Source of the DNA: Octopus vulgaris
Lineage: Eukaryota
Direction of reading: 5' to 3'
Assembly (NCBI GenBank): GCA_951406725.2
Contig: OX597831.1
Location: 57,970,001-58,034,000, forward strand
DNA: 64,000 bases
A program made the position numbers and the translations under genes. The notes beneath the pieces were generated by a model, which was given only the letters and a program-made list of their open reading frames with translations, searched no databases and was not told the DNA's origin. Below, piece by piece: positions 52,232 through 64,000 of this stretch (position 1 is the stretch's first letter; the number at the start of each line of letters is the position of its first letter).

Positions 52232-52711
52232 AGAAGGCATAAAAGTCAAGGAGTTGTTATTTCTTTTGGCCACAAAGTAATCCTCATATCAAAGAGTTTC
52301 TGACTAGTTGTTGTCCAGGATAGAACTTGCAATCCCATTTCTCACAATTCACACTCTTGTCACCATCGTTGTTGTTGTCATCATCAATGCCATTGTCTTT
52401 ATTGTTGTTGTTGTGACATTGTTGTATCTTTGTTGTCATGCCATTGTCATTGTTTTGTTGTCATTGTCATTGTATCATTATCATCGTGTTGTTGTTGTTG
52501 TCATCATCATCACCAACATCACTATCACTATCATAATTACCATCATTGTTATTGTTTAATGTCTGATTTCCATGGTAAAGTGGGTTGGATGGTTTGGCAG
52601 GATCTGACAGGCTGCACATCTGCTTCAGGTCCCAATATAAGATTTGGTATGGTTTCTAACGTCAACTACTTTGTAGTGTGTATTGGATACCATTATTTTT
52701 TTTTTGACAAA

Positions 52712-52935
52712 GCTTGCAGAAATGTTAGCATGCTGGGCGAAATGTAAGCGGTATTTTGTCTGCCGCTACGTTCTGTGTTCAAATTCCGCCGAGGTCGACT
52801 TTGCCTTTCATCCTTTCAGGGTCAATTAAATAAGTACCAGTTACACACTGGGGTCGATGTAATCAACTTAATCTGTTTGTCTGTCCTTGTTTGTCCCCTC
52901 TGTGTTTAGCCCCTTGTGGGTTGTAAAGAAATAGG
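52712..52935 (+). mobile_element. SINE family A
   Basis: gcttgcagaaatgttagc...gtaaagaaatagg. Confidence 0.85.
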
Positions 52936-53379
52936 ATATCATTTTGTTTGTGACACTGGCACTGGTGAGGCTGCCAACTACTTACAAGACAAACTAAAGA
53001 AAGGAAACAAAGAAAACCCCCTCAGCTAAGTGGGGTGCATCTGAGAGAGAGATAAAAGTAGCTTTATACCAGGTGTTGAAGGCTAAGGTATGATAGAAGG
53101 ACAAGGAGAGATGTCTTGCCATAGAAGAGATACATGGCTACCCAAAATTATTTTTAAAATAAAAGGACAAATGGGATGATTATAGTTAGAACATATTTGT
53201 TCTTAGGTCTGTCCATCAAAACTGACCAAGGGTTTTATCAATGATAACAGAGTATTTTGAGTGAGAGAACCTCTGCATGGCCATTGGACCTGCTAGGAAC
53301 AGTAGTTACATCTTCCTCAAATTACACCTTACGATCTTAGAAATGCACAGATACATTGGACAATTTATTTATGGCAGGG

Positions 53380-54190
53380 TGATCATGGCTGGAATGCCTT
53401 GATCATAAGTCTTTCTTTAAGAACAGACTTGGGGCCAAATAATAATATCAAAGGATTTTTTGAGCCAGAGAAAAAGCTTGAAATCAACCATACTACTTTA
53501 AAAATGGAAGGATGTTGGATAATGTAGTTTTAGATATATTACAACTGAAAATAAAAATGACAGGATGGTCACATTTGGAATGTTTTTGATTATAAATCTG
53601 TTCCATCAGAGTTAACCTGGCAAAAAAGTTCCATGAACTGTAAAAGGATCTTCTGCATGGTCATTGGATCTGTTAGAAATAGCAGTCACACCTCAAATCA
53701 CAGTATAATTACTGGAGTGCTAATAGTAGTTGCTACAGATCCCTCAAATTTCATTTTACTGCATTAAAAATGGTAAGATATATTAGACAATGAAGTTCTT
53801 CGTATCTTCTGGCATGGCTAGAATGGCAATGTGGTCATGGCTAGAATGCCTTTGACTATAGGAGAGAATTGACCTTGGGCTAAACAATACCAGCAAAAGG
53901 TTTGGTTGAATCAAGGTGGAAGAGTCTGTATGGTTGATCATCATACTAGAAATATGAAGCAAATCTTTTTCAAGTCATATTAATCATCTTATAATAATGG
54001 GAACGACACATCGGATAATGTCATATGACAGTTAACCCAGGACTGTCTTACATCACAAGTTCAGTCTATCAGTGCTGACCAGGGGCTGAACAACAACGAT
54101 GATGACGATGATGATGGTGATGGTGCTGGTGACGGTGGTGGCAGCAGTGGCAGTGATGGCAGTGACAACAACAATGACGATGGTGATGAT
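53380..54190 (+). repeat. Local segmental duplication, copy 1 (built of tandem degenerate family E units)
   Basis: Colinear with 56281-57420. Confidence 0.9.
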
Positions 54191-55574
54191 GATGACATCA
54201 ACAATGACAACAACAATATCAACAATGAAGATCCTCTCCATATATTAAAAAGCAGGCTAAACTGTATTTAATGATTTTAACTTATGCAGATGACCTGGGG
54301 TCAGTTACTTCAGATTCCAGATTTCATCATAAATCAGAATTTTTTAATCTTCTTGACTTTTGTGGGCTACAATAGAAGACAATTACCCAATTTGCCATGC
54401 AGTGGGATTGAACCCAAAACTGTATAGTTGCAAAGTGATCTTTTTAACCACACAGCCATGCCAGTACCTATTATGAATAACACAGTTTTCAATACACTCA
54501 GGTGTTAGTATAGTTTTTCTAAAGCTTTTAATCATAATTTTTTAAATTCATGAGTTTATCGAGATATTCCTTGTGTTGCACAAATCCGTTTGGTGCACTC
54601 TTTGATAACCACTGCCTTAAGGTGTATGAAATTCAAAACATGGTAGTTAGTTATGGGTATTGAATGTACAAGATGTACTATAACCGGATACAACATGGTT
54701 AATGGAGCATGGGAATTGAATGTTGATAATATACGATGGGAAGTGAGAAATGAGTCAAGTGTAATCCTTTGGATGTGTTATGAGTCATCCTTACCTGTAT
54801 TTATGATACAGGTAAAGTGCAACACAGGTAAACACAAGGATTGGCTTTTCACAAAAACAATCAATTGATTTGTAAATCAGTGACATCTGCACTAGTATGG
54901 ACTCATGGACTTGTTATTGTTCTGTTTAGCTCTGTCCCAACTAGATTAGCCATGACTGTGGGAAAAAAATCACCATTTGTCTTGATTGAACATCAGTTTA
55001 ATTCGTAAGTCTTATCATTAAGATTTGATCTCTCCACACCTTTAGTCTTTCTCTGTCGCTAGAACCCATCACTGCAAGTTCATCAACTGTCCATACCACA
55101 TGTCAAAAGGAGGGTTTTCTACTTGGATTATTTTCAACCTGCTAGAAAAGGCAGTCAAACCTCTCTCAAATCAAACACAACCATATGAAAGAAGAAAGGT
55201 CATATTGGGAAGAAAAAGGAGCACATTGATAATTTTAAATACATTATGCTTAAAAAACAATTAGATGGTCACAGGTAGGACATTTTCGGTCATTGGCTCT
55301 CACATGATATACAGACAGACAAACAGACTGACAGACAGACACACACACCTACACACACACGCAAACAGACATAAACAGACTAGTTGTAGTCTGATTTATC
55401 AACTAATTGAACACAAAAGATTTATGGGTATGTGGCAAAGGAAAGTGAGATAATCCAAGTCTAATCATGTAATCTCGTTAAAGTAGTATTTCCTTAATTG
55501 ATAATCAAATCAAGGTCAGTGTACTGGCTTACAGCTATGATTTGCATAAATAGAGCAGCCTAACAATTGCTGTC

Positions 55575-56015
55575 TTCACCACCACCACCACCACCACCAC
55601 CATCACTGTCACCGCCACCACCATCACAACCACCTCCACCGTTACCACCACCGTCGCCACCGCCGCCACCACCACCACCACCACCACCACCACCACCACC
55701 ACCACCAACACCACTACTACCACCACCACCACCACCATCACCACCACCACCACCACCACCACCACCACCACCATCATCACCATCACCACCACCACCACCA
55801 CCACCACCACCACCACTGCTACCACCGCCACTACCGCCACTGCCACCACCACCATCACAACCACTGCCACCGTCACCGCCGCCGTCACCACCACCAACGC
55901 CACCACAACCACCACCACCACCACCACCACCATCACCACCACCTCCTCTGCTGCTGCTGCTGCCATCACCACTACCAGTATTGTCTTCATCATCATCACT
56001 ATTATCGTATTCATC
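55575..56015. repeat. (CCA)n/(CAT)n microsatellite
   Basis: Directly visible. Confidence 0.96.
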
Positions 56016-56280
56016 ATCACGTGCACTCGAGTTATTTGTTTTAAATATCCTCATAATTTTTGATTCACCTTGAAAAAAAAATAATAAATTCACAATACAC
56101 CTGCACATAAGTGTGTTATGGCATATTGACTGAAAATTTCAGACTTAAAAGTATGTAGTCAGTTAAATGCCAAAGTGCAATTCAGGGATATAGACACCTC
56201 ATCTCACCTGAGGTGTATATGATTTACTCCTGCATGCAGGGTTTCCTAATACAATTTGGTGTTTCTCGTATGGTGTGCAG

Positions 56281-56859
56281 TGATCATGGCTGGAACACCT
56301 TGATCATAAGTCTTTCTTTAAGAACAGACTTGGGGCTAAATAATAATATCAAAGGAGTTTTTGAGACAGAGAAAAAAATACAAATCAACCATACTACTTT
56401 AAAAATGGAAGGATGTTGGATAATGTAGTTTTAGATGTATTACAACTGAAAATATAAATGACAGGATGGTCTCATTTGGAATGTTTTTGATTATAGATCT
56501 GTTCTGTTGGTGTTAACCAATAGTAAAAAAGTTCCATGAACTGTAAAAGGATCTTCTGCATGGTCATTGGATCTGTTAGAAATAGCAGTCACACCTCCCT
56601 CAAATCACAGTATGAGTTGCTGAAGCATGGAACTAATTGCCGGCATCAGTTGTTAGTTGTCGGAGCACTGCATCCTTCAAAACTTCCATGCTTTCTGAGA
56701 TTCGCCAACACTACACCTGATTTTCTCACTTCTATACACACACAAGCATGTATCTGAATCATACATTGTTCACTTCCCAGACATTTGTACATTACTGCAT
56801 ATACTTTATACGCACTTTCTGACAAGTTGTGGTGCACCTGAGCACTGTATACAATAATT

Positions 56860-56938
<79 letters not shown>

Positions 56939-57420
56939 TGGAGTGCTAATGATAGTTGCTACAGATCCCTCAAATTTCATTTTACTGCATTAAAAATGGG
57001 AAGATATATTAGATAATGAAGTTCTTCATATCTTCTAGCATGGCTAGAATGGCAATGTGGTCATGGCTAGAATGCCTTTGACTATAGGACTTCTCCATGA
57101 GAATGGACCTTGGGCTAAACATTAACAGCAAAAGGTTTGGCTGAACCAAGGTGGAAGAGTCTGTATGGTTGATCATCATACTAGAAATATGAACCAAATC
57201 TTTCTCAAGTCACATTAATCATCTTATAATAATGGGAAAGACACATTGGATAATGTCATGTGACAGTCAACCCTGGACTGTCTTACATCGTAAATTCAGC
57301 CTATCAGTGCTGACCAGGGGCTGAACAACAACGACGATGACAATGATGACGGTGATGGTGCTGATGACGGTAGTGGCAGCAATGGCAGCGACAGCAGTGA
57401 CAACGACAATGACGATGATG
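56281..57420 (+). repeat. Local segmental duplication, copy 2 (with LINE insertion)
   Basis: tgatcatggctgga...gggctgaacaacaacga matches 53380-54190 except for 56613-56935. Confidence 0.9.
56613..56935 (+). mobile_element. 5'-truncated CR1/L2-like LINE with (ATT)n tail
   Basis: VAEAWN*LPASVVSCRSTASFKTSML resembles the CR1/L2 ORF2 C-terminal WNxLP motif; absent from the paralogous site at ~53705. Confidence 0.8.
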
Positions 57421-57479
57421 ACAGTGGTTTTGTATCAACTGTCCAGTCTATTCTGTATGCTGGTCAAGTGGGCCTATGG

Positions 57480-57801
57480 TCAAAAATGTTCCAACAGTAG
57501 CATAGAGTATGTGCTGCTGGAGCAGTTTTGCAAAGGCTTCTGAGCAGGTATCGCTAAGCTTTTGGCGAAATTTGATGCAGATTCTCTGCTCAACTTTCTC
57601 TGTCATGGTCAATGCGATGATCACATGCTACACACCTTCCTTCCAAGCACAGCTGTAAACAGCTGAAGTGAGCTAGAATATTAATACTTAGTGTACATGC
57701 ACAGCAGAGTTCGAGGTCAATCTCTGCCAAGCAGCTTCACCTTGTGTGCTTTAGCTTCGTCACTATGGCAACAGTCCGGATACTTATTGATCAGAGCTTG
57801 T
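57480..57801 (-). mobile_element. Mariner remnant (5' TIR + transposase N-terminus)
   Basis: Minus TA-caagctctgatcaataagtatccggactg TIR-like end; ATG at 57606 gives MTEKVEQRICIKFRQKLSDTCSEAF (mariner HTH-like EQRxxIKF). Confidence 0.75.
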
Positions 57802-58112
57802 ATATACATACTTGTTTATGTATATGTGTCAGTGATGTGTGTGCATGTGTGATTGTGATTATCAGTATCGATTATGTAAGGTGTGATTGGATGCATGTGT
57901 GAATAAAAGAACTGATAAAGTATCAAAGACAAAAGTTCATGGTGTCTGGTTTCAGCATTTAATACTCAAAGTTCAGAATTCAAACACCATAGTGGCACCG
58001 GCATAAGTGCATTTGTGCCAGTGGAACATAAGAAGCACCTGGCACACTCTGTATAGTGATTAGCATTAGGAAGGACATCCAGCTGGAGAAACTATGCCAA
58101 AACAGACAATTG

Positions 58113-58423
58113 TTGTTGTTTGTTTGTTCCTTCTAGAGCCATGACTGGCTCCCAAGGGCCGGTTTCCCGGTTTCCTTGGCATATAGGTTCCCCACCTGGA
58201 TGGAACGCCGGTCCGTCACAGATGAGCTGAAAGATGCTGGAGGAAAGAGTGAGAGAAAGTTGTGGCGAAAGAGTCAGCAGAAGTTTGCCATTACCTTCTG
58301 CTGGAGCCGCGTGGAGCTTAGGTGTTTTGCTCATAAACACACACATCGCCCGATCTGAGATTCGAACCTGCGATCCCTCAACCGCAAGTCCGCTGCTCTA
58401 ACCACTAGGCCATGTGCCTCCAC
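58113..58423 (-). mobile_element. SINE family C inserted in a family D repeat, 13-bp TSD
   Basis: aaacagacaattg at 58100-58112 and 58424-58436. Confidence 0.9.
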
Positions 58424-58489
58424 AAACAGACAATTGGAACCTGCTGCAGCTCCTGTCCAACCCATGCCAGCATGAAAAATGAGCATTAA

Positions 58490-58709
58490 CCCTTTCATTA
58501 CGAACCCGACTGAAACCAGCTCTGGCGCTGAGTACAAATGTCTTGTTTTCATAAGTTTTGAATTAAAATCTTCTACTAAACCTTAGTCACAATTTATGTT
58601 CCTAACACTAAGTAAATGATAACTGAGTTATGTTGATAAATTCTTCGTTATATTTAAATTAACTGAAAGAAACACAGAGCATCTCAAAATAAATACAGTA
58701 ATGAAAGGG
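58490..58709. mobile_element. piggyBac-type MITE inserted in the tail of the same family D repeat
   Basis: TTAA-ccctttcattac...gtaatgaaaggg-TTAA, perfect 12-bp TIR. Confidence 0.88.
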
Positions 58710-58799
58710 TTAAACAATGATGATGATGATGAAGATGATGAATGCTTGATTTTATCTGTCATCATTCGGAGATCAATAAAAATAAGTACCAGTAATATA

Positions 58800-59212
58800 C
58801 TCTTTACTCTTTTACTTGTTTCAGTCATTTGACTGCAGCCATGCTCGAGCACCGCCTTTTTTAATCGAGCAACTCGACCCTGGGACTTATTCTTTTGTAA
58901 GCCCAGTACTTATCCTATCGGTCTCTTTTGCCGAACCGCTAAGTAACGGGGACATAAACACACCAGCATCGGTTGTCAAGCAATGCTAGAGGGACAAACA
59001 CAGACACACAAACATATACACACACATACATATATATATACATATATACGACAGGCTTCTTTCAGTTTCCGTCTACCAAATCCACTCACAAGGCTTTGGT
59101 CGGCCCGAGGCTATAGTAGAAGACACTTGCCCAAGGTGCCACGCAGTGGGACTGAACCCGGAACCATGTGGTTGGTAAACAAGCTACTTACCACACAGCC
59201 ACTCCTATGCCT
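58800..59212 (-). mobile_element. SINE family B, young full-length copy
   Basis: Inverse consensus, CpGs retained. Confidence 0.9.
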
Positions 59213-59814
59213 ATGCTAACTTCTTTTGGAAAAGTCTATTACAACAGAGTAGTTTGACTTTATGATATGTAACTAGGATATATCAGTCAGGATGAGTCCA
59301 TTGCGTGTCTGAAATATGTTTTCAGCTAGGAATGGTCCATGGTATATTTAAAGTCTGATAGCTATGTTAGAAATCAATATTCCTTGAGAAGATACTATTT
59401 TTCTGATCTAATGAATCTGCTGTGATCCAAATAGGAAACAGAAAGTTTAATAACTGACAGTCTTAATTATTGGTTATTGATGCCTATGTTGTTAAGCAGC
59501 AGATCACCTCTGTTCAAATAGACCGAAACTATGGCCATCCTATCTTGTTAGCAATCTCTGAGACTTCATTACCAATTATTACTTTCTCTCCTTAAATCAA
59601 AAAAAAAAAAAAAAAAAGTTAGGGTATGTTTGAAGGTTTTGGCTGCTATTTCTAGCATGAAGAATGACCATGTATAAGATGACTCATTGAGTTGTTTTTT
59701 TCTTATTTAGCTCCAGGTTATCCCTAATCAAGTTGACCTGTGATCAATGGCACTCCAGTTAAAATCATTGTCTTTTTAAGGGAATATAGAGCTACATTAT
59801 CTAATATGTTTTCC

Positions 59815-60044
59815 TTTACTCTTTTACTTTTTTACTTGTTTCAGTCATTTGACTGTGGCCATGCTGGAGCACCGCCTATAGTTGAGCAAATCGACCCCGG
59901 GACTTATTCTTTGTAAGCCTAGTACTTATTCTATCGGTCTCTTTTGCCGAACCGCTAAGTTACGGGGGACGTAAACACACCAGCATCGGTTGTCAAGCGA
60001 CGTTGGGGAGACAAACACAGACACACAAACATACACACACACAT

Positions 60045-60106
<62 letters not shown>

Positions 60107-60359
60107 ACATACATATATATATATATACATACATATATACTTAGGGCTTCTTTAAGTTTCAAACACATACACACACATACATATATATATATACATATAT
60201 ATGACGGGCTTCTTTTAGTTTCCGTCTACCAAGTCTAATCACAAGGCTTTAGTCAGCCCGAGGCTATAGTAGAAGACACTTGCCCAAGGTGCCACGCAGT
60301 GGGACTAAACCCGAAACTATGTGGTTGGTAAACAAGCTACTTACCACACAGCCACTCCT
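59815..60359 (-). mobile_element. SINE family B
   Basis: Inverse consensus with a duplicated internal microsatellite block. Confidence 0.9.
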
Positions 60360-60516
60360 TATTTTTTTTTAAATTCAAGATAATAGAATGCAATTTAAAT
60401 GAAATTTGACTGCTATTTTTTTTTTAATAACTTGAATAATGCTTCTAAAATTGTTCCCTTGATTGGCTAAAGTATCGGTCATTATTAATGATTGCATATA
60501 GTTTCTTGTTATCTAG

Positions 60517-60900
60517 ACCCTCCTGTAAACACAGCACCACGAGAGAAGTCTCTGGCAGAAGAACTTCTCGAAGCTACCCGGCAAAAGCTACCCCTTCTCC
60601 GAGACATAGAAGTCGACAATGACGATGACAACGAGAGCTGCAACTCTGGTGATGTGGAGGTCGATGACGATGACGATGTGTTTCTACCACCAACACAGAA
60701 CGGAGCAAAATACAAGGAGAAGTCTCAGGAAAATCTGTTTGATCGTCTCTTGTACTTTAACATTGCTTCGAGAAATACAAAAGCCTACATCCATTGTGAT
60801 AATCCTTATATCAAAGAAGATTCTTTCCCTGCTGAGAAAAATGGGTCTCGCTCCGCAAATGGTGGAGCTAGAGTGTGCAGAGCAACTTCTGATAGTGAAG
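60517..60900 (+). CDS. MAPK8IP1: Internal coding exon of the JIP1/Aplip1-like gene
   Basis: tttcttgttatctag acceptor; donor AAG|gtaatc at 60900/1. Phase 1 start joins T+AC=Tyr, then PPVNTAPREKSLAEELLEA...YIKEDSFPAE...SDSE, compared with recalled Aplip1 SLADEF and YLMDEDSSPDSE. An in-frame alternative AG lies at 60500-1. Confidence 0.82.
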
Positions 60901-60945
60901 GTAATCTTCTTGTTTTTTTTTTTTTTTGCATTATTTTTCTTAATA

Positions 60946-61001
<56 letters not shown>

Positions 61002-61026
61002 TGTGTGGCTGTGTGGGTTTGTGCCC

Positions 61027-61059
<33 letters not shown>

Positions 61060-61460
61060 CCCTGTGTGTGTACGTGTACTTGTGTGTATATGTGTGTGTG
61101 TACTTATTTACCTAAGCACTTTGCTCTCTATGAAGCATAGGCCATTGACAACTTTTCTCCACTTTTCTCTAAATTAGTCTCACACACACACACATACACA
61201 TACAAATAAGTATATATATATACATACATACATAAAGATTCATTGTTAAAACTGACAGACATCCAATTCCTTTCCTTATGGACAAAATATACAACAAACT
61301 ATGATTGTAATTGCTTGTATATGTGTGAGCAAATAACTGGATGTGATTGCATGTGTCGATTTGTTTGTCTGACATGTGTATGAGAGTGCTTGCATGTTAT
61401 AGTGTGTGTATGCATGTATATGATTATGAATGTGTGTACATGAGTGTGAATGTGTGCATG

Positions 61461-61500
<40 letters not shown>

Positions 61501-61516
61501 TGTATGGGTTTGTTTA

Positions 61517-62362
61517 TACTCTTTACTCTTTTACACTTTTACTTGTTTCAGTCATGTGATTGTGGCCATGCTGGAGCACCTTTAGTCGAGCGACCGCCAG
61601 GACTTATTCTTTCGAAGCCTAGTACTTATTCTATCGGTCTCTTTTGCCGAACCACTAAGTTACGGGGACATAAACACACCAGCATCAGTTGTCATGCGAT
61701 GTTGGGGGACAAACATATACACACAAACATATACACACACATACATATATGTATATATATATACACATATACGACGGGCTTCTTTTCAGTTTCCGTCTAC
61801 AAAATCCCCTCACAAGGTTTTGGTTGGCCCGATGCTATAGTAGAAGACACTTGCCCAAGGTGCCATGCAGTGGAACTGAACCTGGCACTATGTGGTTCAT
61901 AAGCTAGCTACTTACCACACAGCCACTATGTGATTAAATGTGTGTTTGTGTATATGTGATCCCTTATCTTTTTATCTTTTACTTGTTTCTGTCATTAGAC
62001 TGTGGCCATGCTGGGGCATAGTCGTGAAGAATTTTAGTTGAATGAATCCGTCCCAGTACTACTTATTTTTTGTGAAGCCTGGTACTTATTCTGTTGGTCT
62101 CTTTTACCGAACTGCTAAGTTATGGGGGATGTAAACGTGCCAACACTGGTTGTCAAGCAGTGGTGGGGAACAAACATACACACACACACAAGACAGGCTT
62201 CTTTCAGTTTCTGTATACCAAATCCACTCACAAAGCTTTGGTCAATCTGAGGCTATAGCAGAAGGCACTTGCCCAAGGTGTCACATCACGCGGTGGGACT
62301 GAACCTAGACCACGTGGCTAGGAAGCAAATTTCTCCCCACACACAGCTCTGCCTACACCTAT
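61517..62362 (-). mobile_element. Two tandem SINE family B copies (61517-61927, 61965-62362)
   Basis: Both are inverse, near full length. Confidence 0.85.
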
Positions 62363-62659
62363 GAGAAGCATTGCTTCTGTGTCTGTATTTAAGCGTATAC
62401 ATGTATGTATGTTTTGAATGCTGTGTGTGTGTTTGAGTGTTCACATGTATGTATTTATGTGTGTGTTTGCATTTATGTTGTGATACAACAGGGTATGAAG
62501 TAATTGAGGCACAGTGCTAGAACGGGTGCTGATGTATAGTGCCAGGGGAAAAAAATGCTAGGATGGAAAAGGCTAAGGTATAGGGCATATGTATAGTAGT
62601 ACAGTAACGGGGTGTGAAGGAAACGGCTATCTTATATCTGTTGAAATATGTTAAATATT

Positions 62660-62735
62660 AGAGAGAGAGAGAGAGGGAGATAGAGAATGAGAGAGAGAGA
62701 GAGAGTGAGTGGGTGAGTGAGTGTGAAAGAGGGAA

Positions 62736-62767
<32 letters not shown>

Positions 62768-62820
62768 ATGTATATATATATATATATATATATATAAATA
62801 TATATATGTATATATATGTA

Positions 62821-62873
<53 letters not shown>

Positions 62874-62932
62874 ATGTATATATATATGTGTGTGTGTGTG
62901 TATATATATGTGTGTGTGTGTGTATATATATA

Positions 62933-63023
<91 letters not shown>

Positions 63024-63280
63024 CTGTATATATATCAGAAGTGACTGGAGGGGGTGACAAATAGTCATCAATGTAGAAGGAGGGGAGGAAAGAGAAAAAT
63101 AAGGAACAAGGGAGAGGAGAGAGAGAGGGGGAGTGAGGGAGAGTGGGGGAGATGGAGGGGGAGAGGGAGTGGAAGAGAGGATGGGGTGTGGTTGATAGTC
63201 ATTCAAAGAAACAGAAAGAGAGAAAGAGATGGAGAGGAGATTTTATGGAGAATGAAGATAAAGGGAGTGAGACAGATCAT

Positions 63281-63360
<80 letters not shown>

Positions 63361-63787
63361 AGGGGTGTGAGGGACAAGGGGAGAAATATATGTAAGAAGT
63401 GACTGGAAGGAAAGATAGATAGACATCAATGCGAATATGGAAGGAGGAAAGGTGAGAGAAAAAGGAGGATCGAGAGAGGAGAGAAAGAGAGAGAGAGAGG
63501 GAGAGGGTGAGGGAGAGAGGGAGAGAGAAGAAACGACAGAGAGCGAAGGAACGACGGAGAGAGAAGGAATGACAGAGAGAGAAGGAGGAGGTAAGAAGAG
63601 AGAGTGAGAGAGAGGAAGAGAGGATGGGGTGTGGTAGATAGTTATTCAAAGACACTGAGAGAAAGAAATGAAGAAGAGGTTTATGGAGAAAGAGGATAAG
63701 AGGAATGAGAGAGAGAGAGAGATAGAGGGCGGGAGGGAGGGACGGATGGAGAGAGAGTGGAAAAATTATGTGTGTGTATATGCGTAG

Positions 63788-63820
<33 letters not shown>
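62660..63820. repeat. (GA)n, (TA)n, (TG)n and purine-rich low-complexity region
   Basis: Directly visible. Confidence 0.9.
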
Positions 63821-63822
<2 letters not shown>

Positions 63823-64000
63823 TACAAAATAAAGTGTAAATATGTAATAAATATGAATATGAAATATTTGAAAAATTTGTAGTTTATCCTCATATATGCA
63901 AATCCTATATGTGTGTGTGTGTGTGTGTGTGTGTTTGGGCATGCGTGTGTGCGATGTCTTTTCCTAATTTACAGAAAAGAAGAAATTGGCAAGAATATAA

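Noticed and set aside
54653-54868. Possible extra JIP1 exon
   Set aside because: The peptide resembles decayed RTE RT-downstream sequence (W.L....R.E...L.WMC), and no good acceptor is evident
55535-56108. Poly-Pro formin/extensin-like ORF
   Set aside because: (CCA)n microsatellite inside a JIP1 intron; the flanking exons already join in phase

Overview
AT-rich, microsatellite-saturated eukaryotic DNA whose repeats (tRNA-derived SINEs, RTE and R4/Dong-like LINE fragments, MITEs) look like a coleoid cephalopod, probably Octopus (inference). The only host gene I can support is a + strand JNK-interacting protein 1 homologue (JIP1/MAPK8IP1/Aplip1-like). Three coding exons (42177-42675, 49275-49410, 60517-60900) have canonical AG/GT ends and compatible phases (2|0, 0|1, 1|1). 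They encode RIAHDISLD, RRPRKLPETPK and SLAEEL, motifs I recall from vertebrate JIP1 and Drosophila Aplip1. I could not find the first exon or the SH3/PTB exons, so most of the window is probably intron. Nearly all other ORFs in the track are microsatellite or repeat translations. The most notable non-coding signals are: (i) about ten minimal hammerhead-ribozyme motifs of Penelope/retrozyme type, including an intact-core sense copy about 650 nt upstream of a JIP1 exon; (ii) a composite element with a tRNA-like Pol III head between inverted hammerhead-bearing arms; (iii) a near-perfect 172-bp fold-back; (iv) stacks of (TAA)n-associated R4/Dong-like LINE tails with a candidate non-autonomous partner; (v) several nested insertions with readable target-site duplications. 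Family names come from motif recognition, not database searches, and repeat boundaries are approximate.
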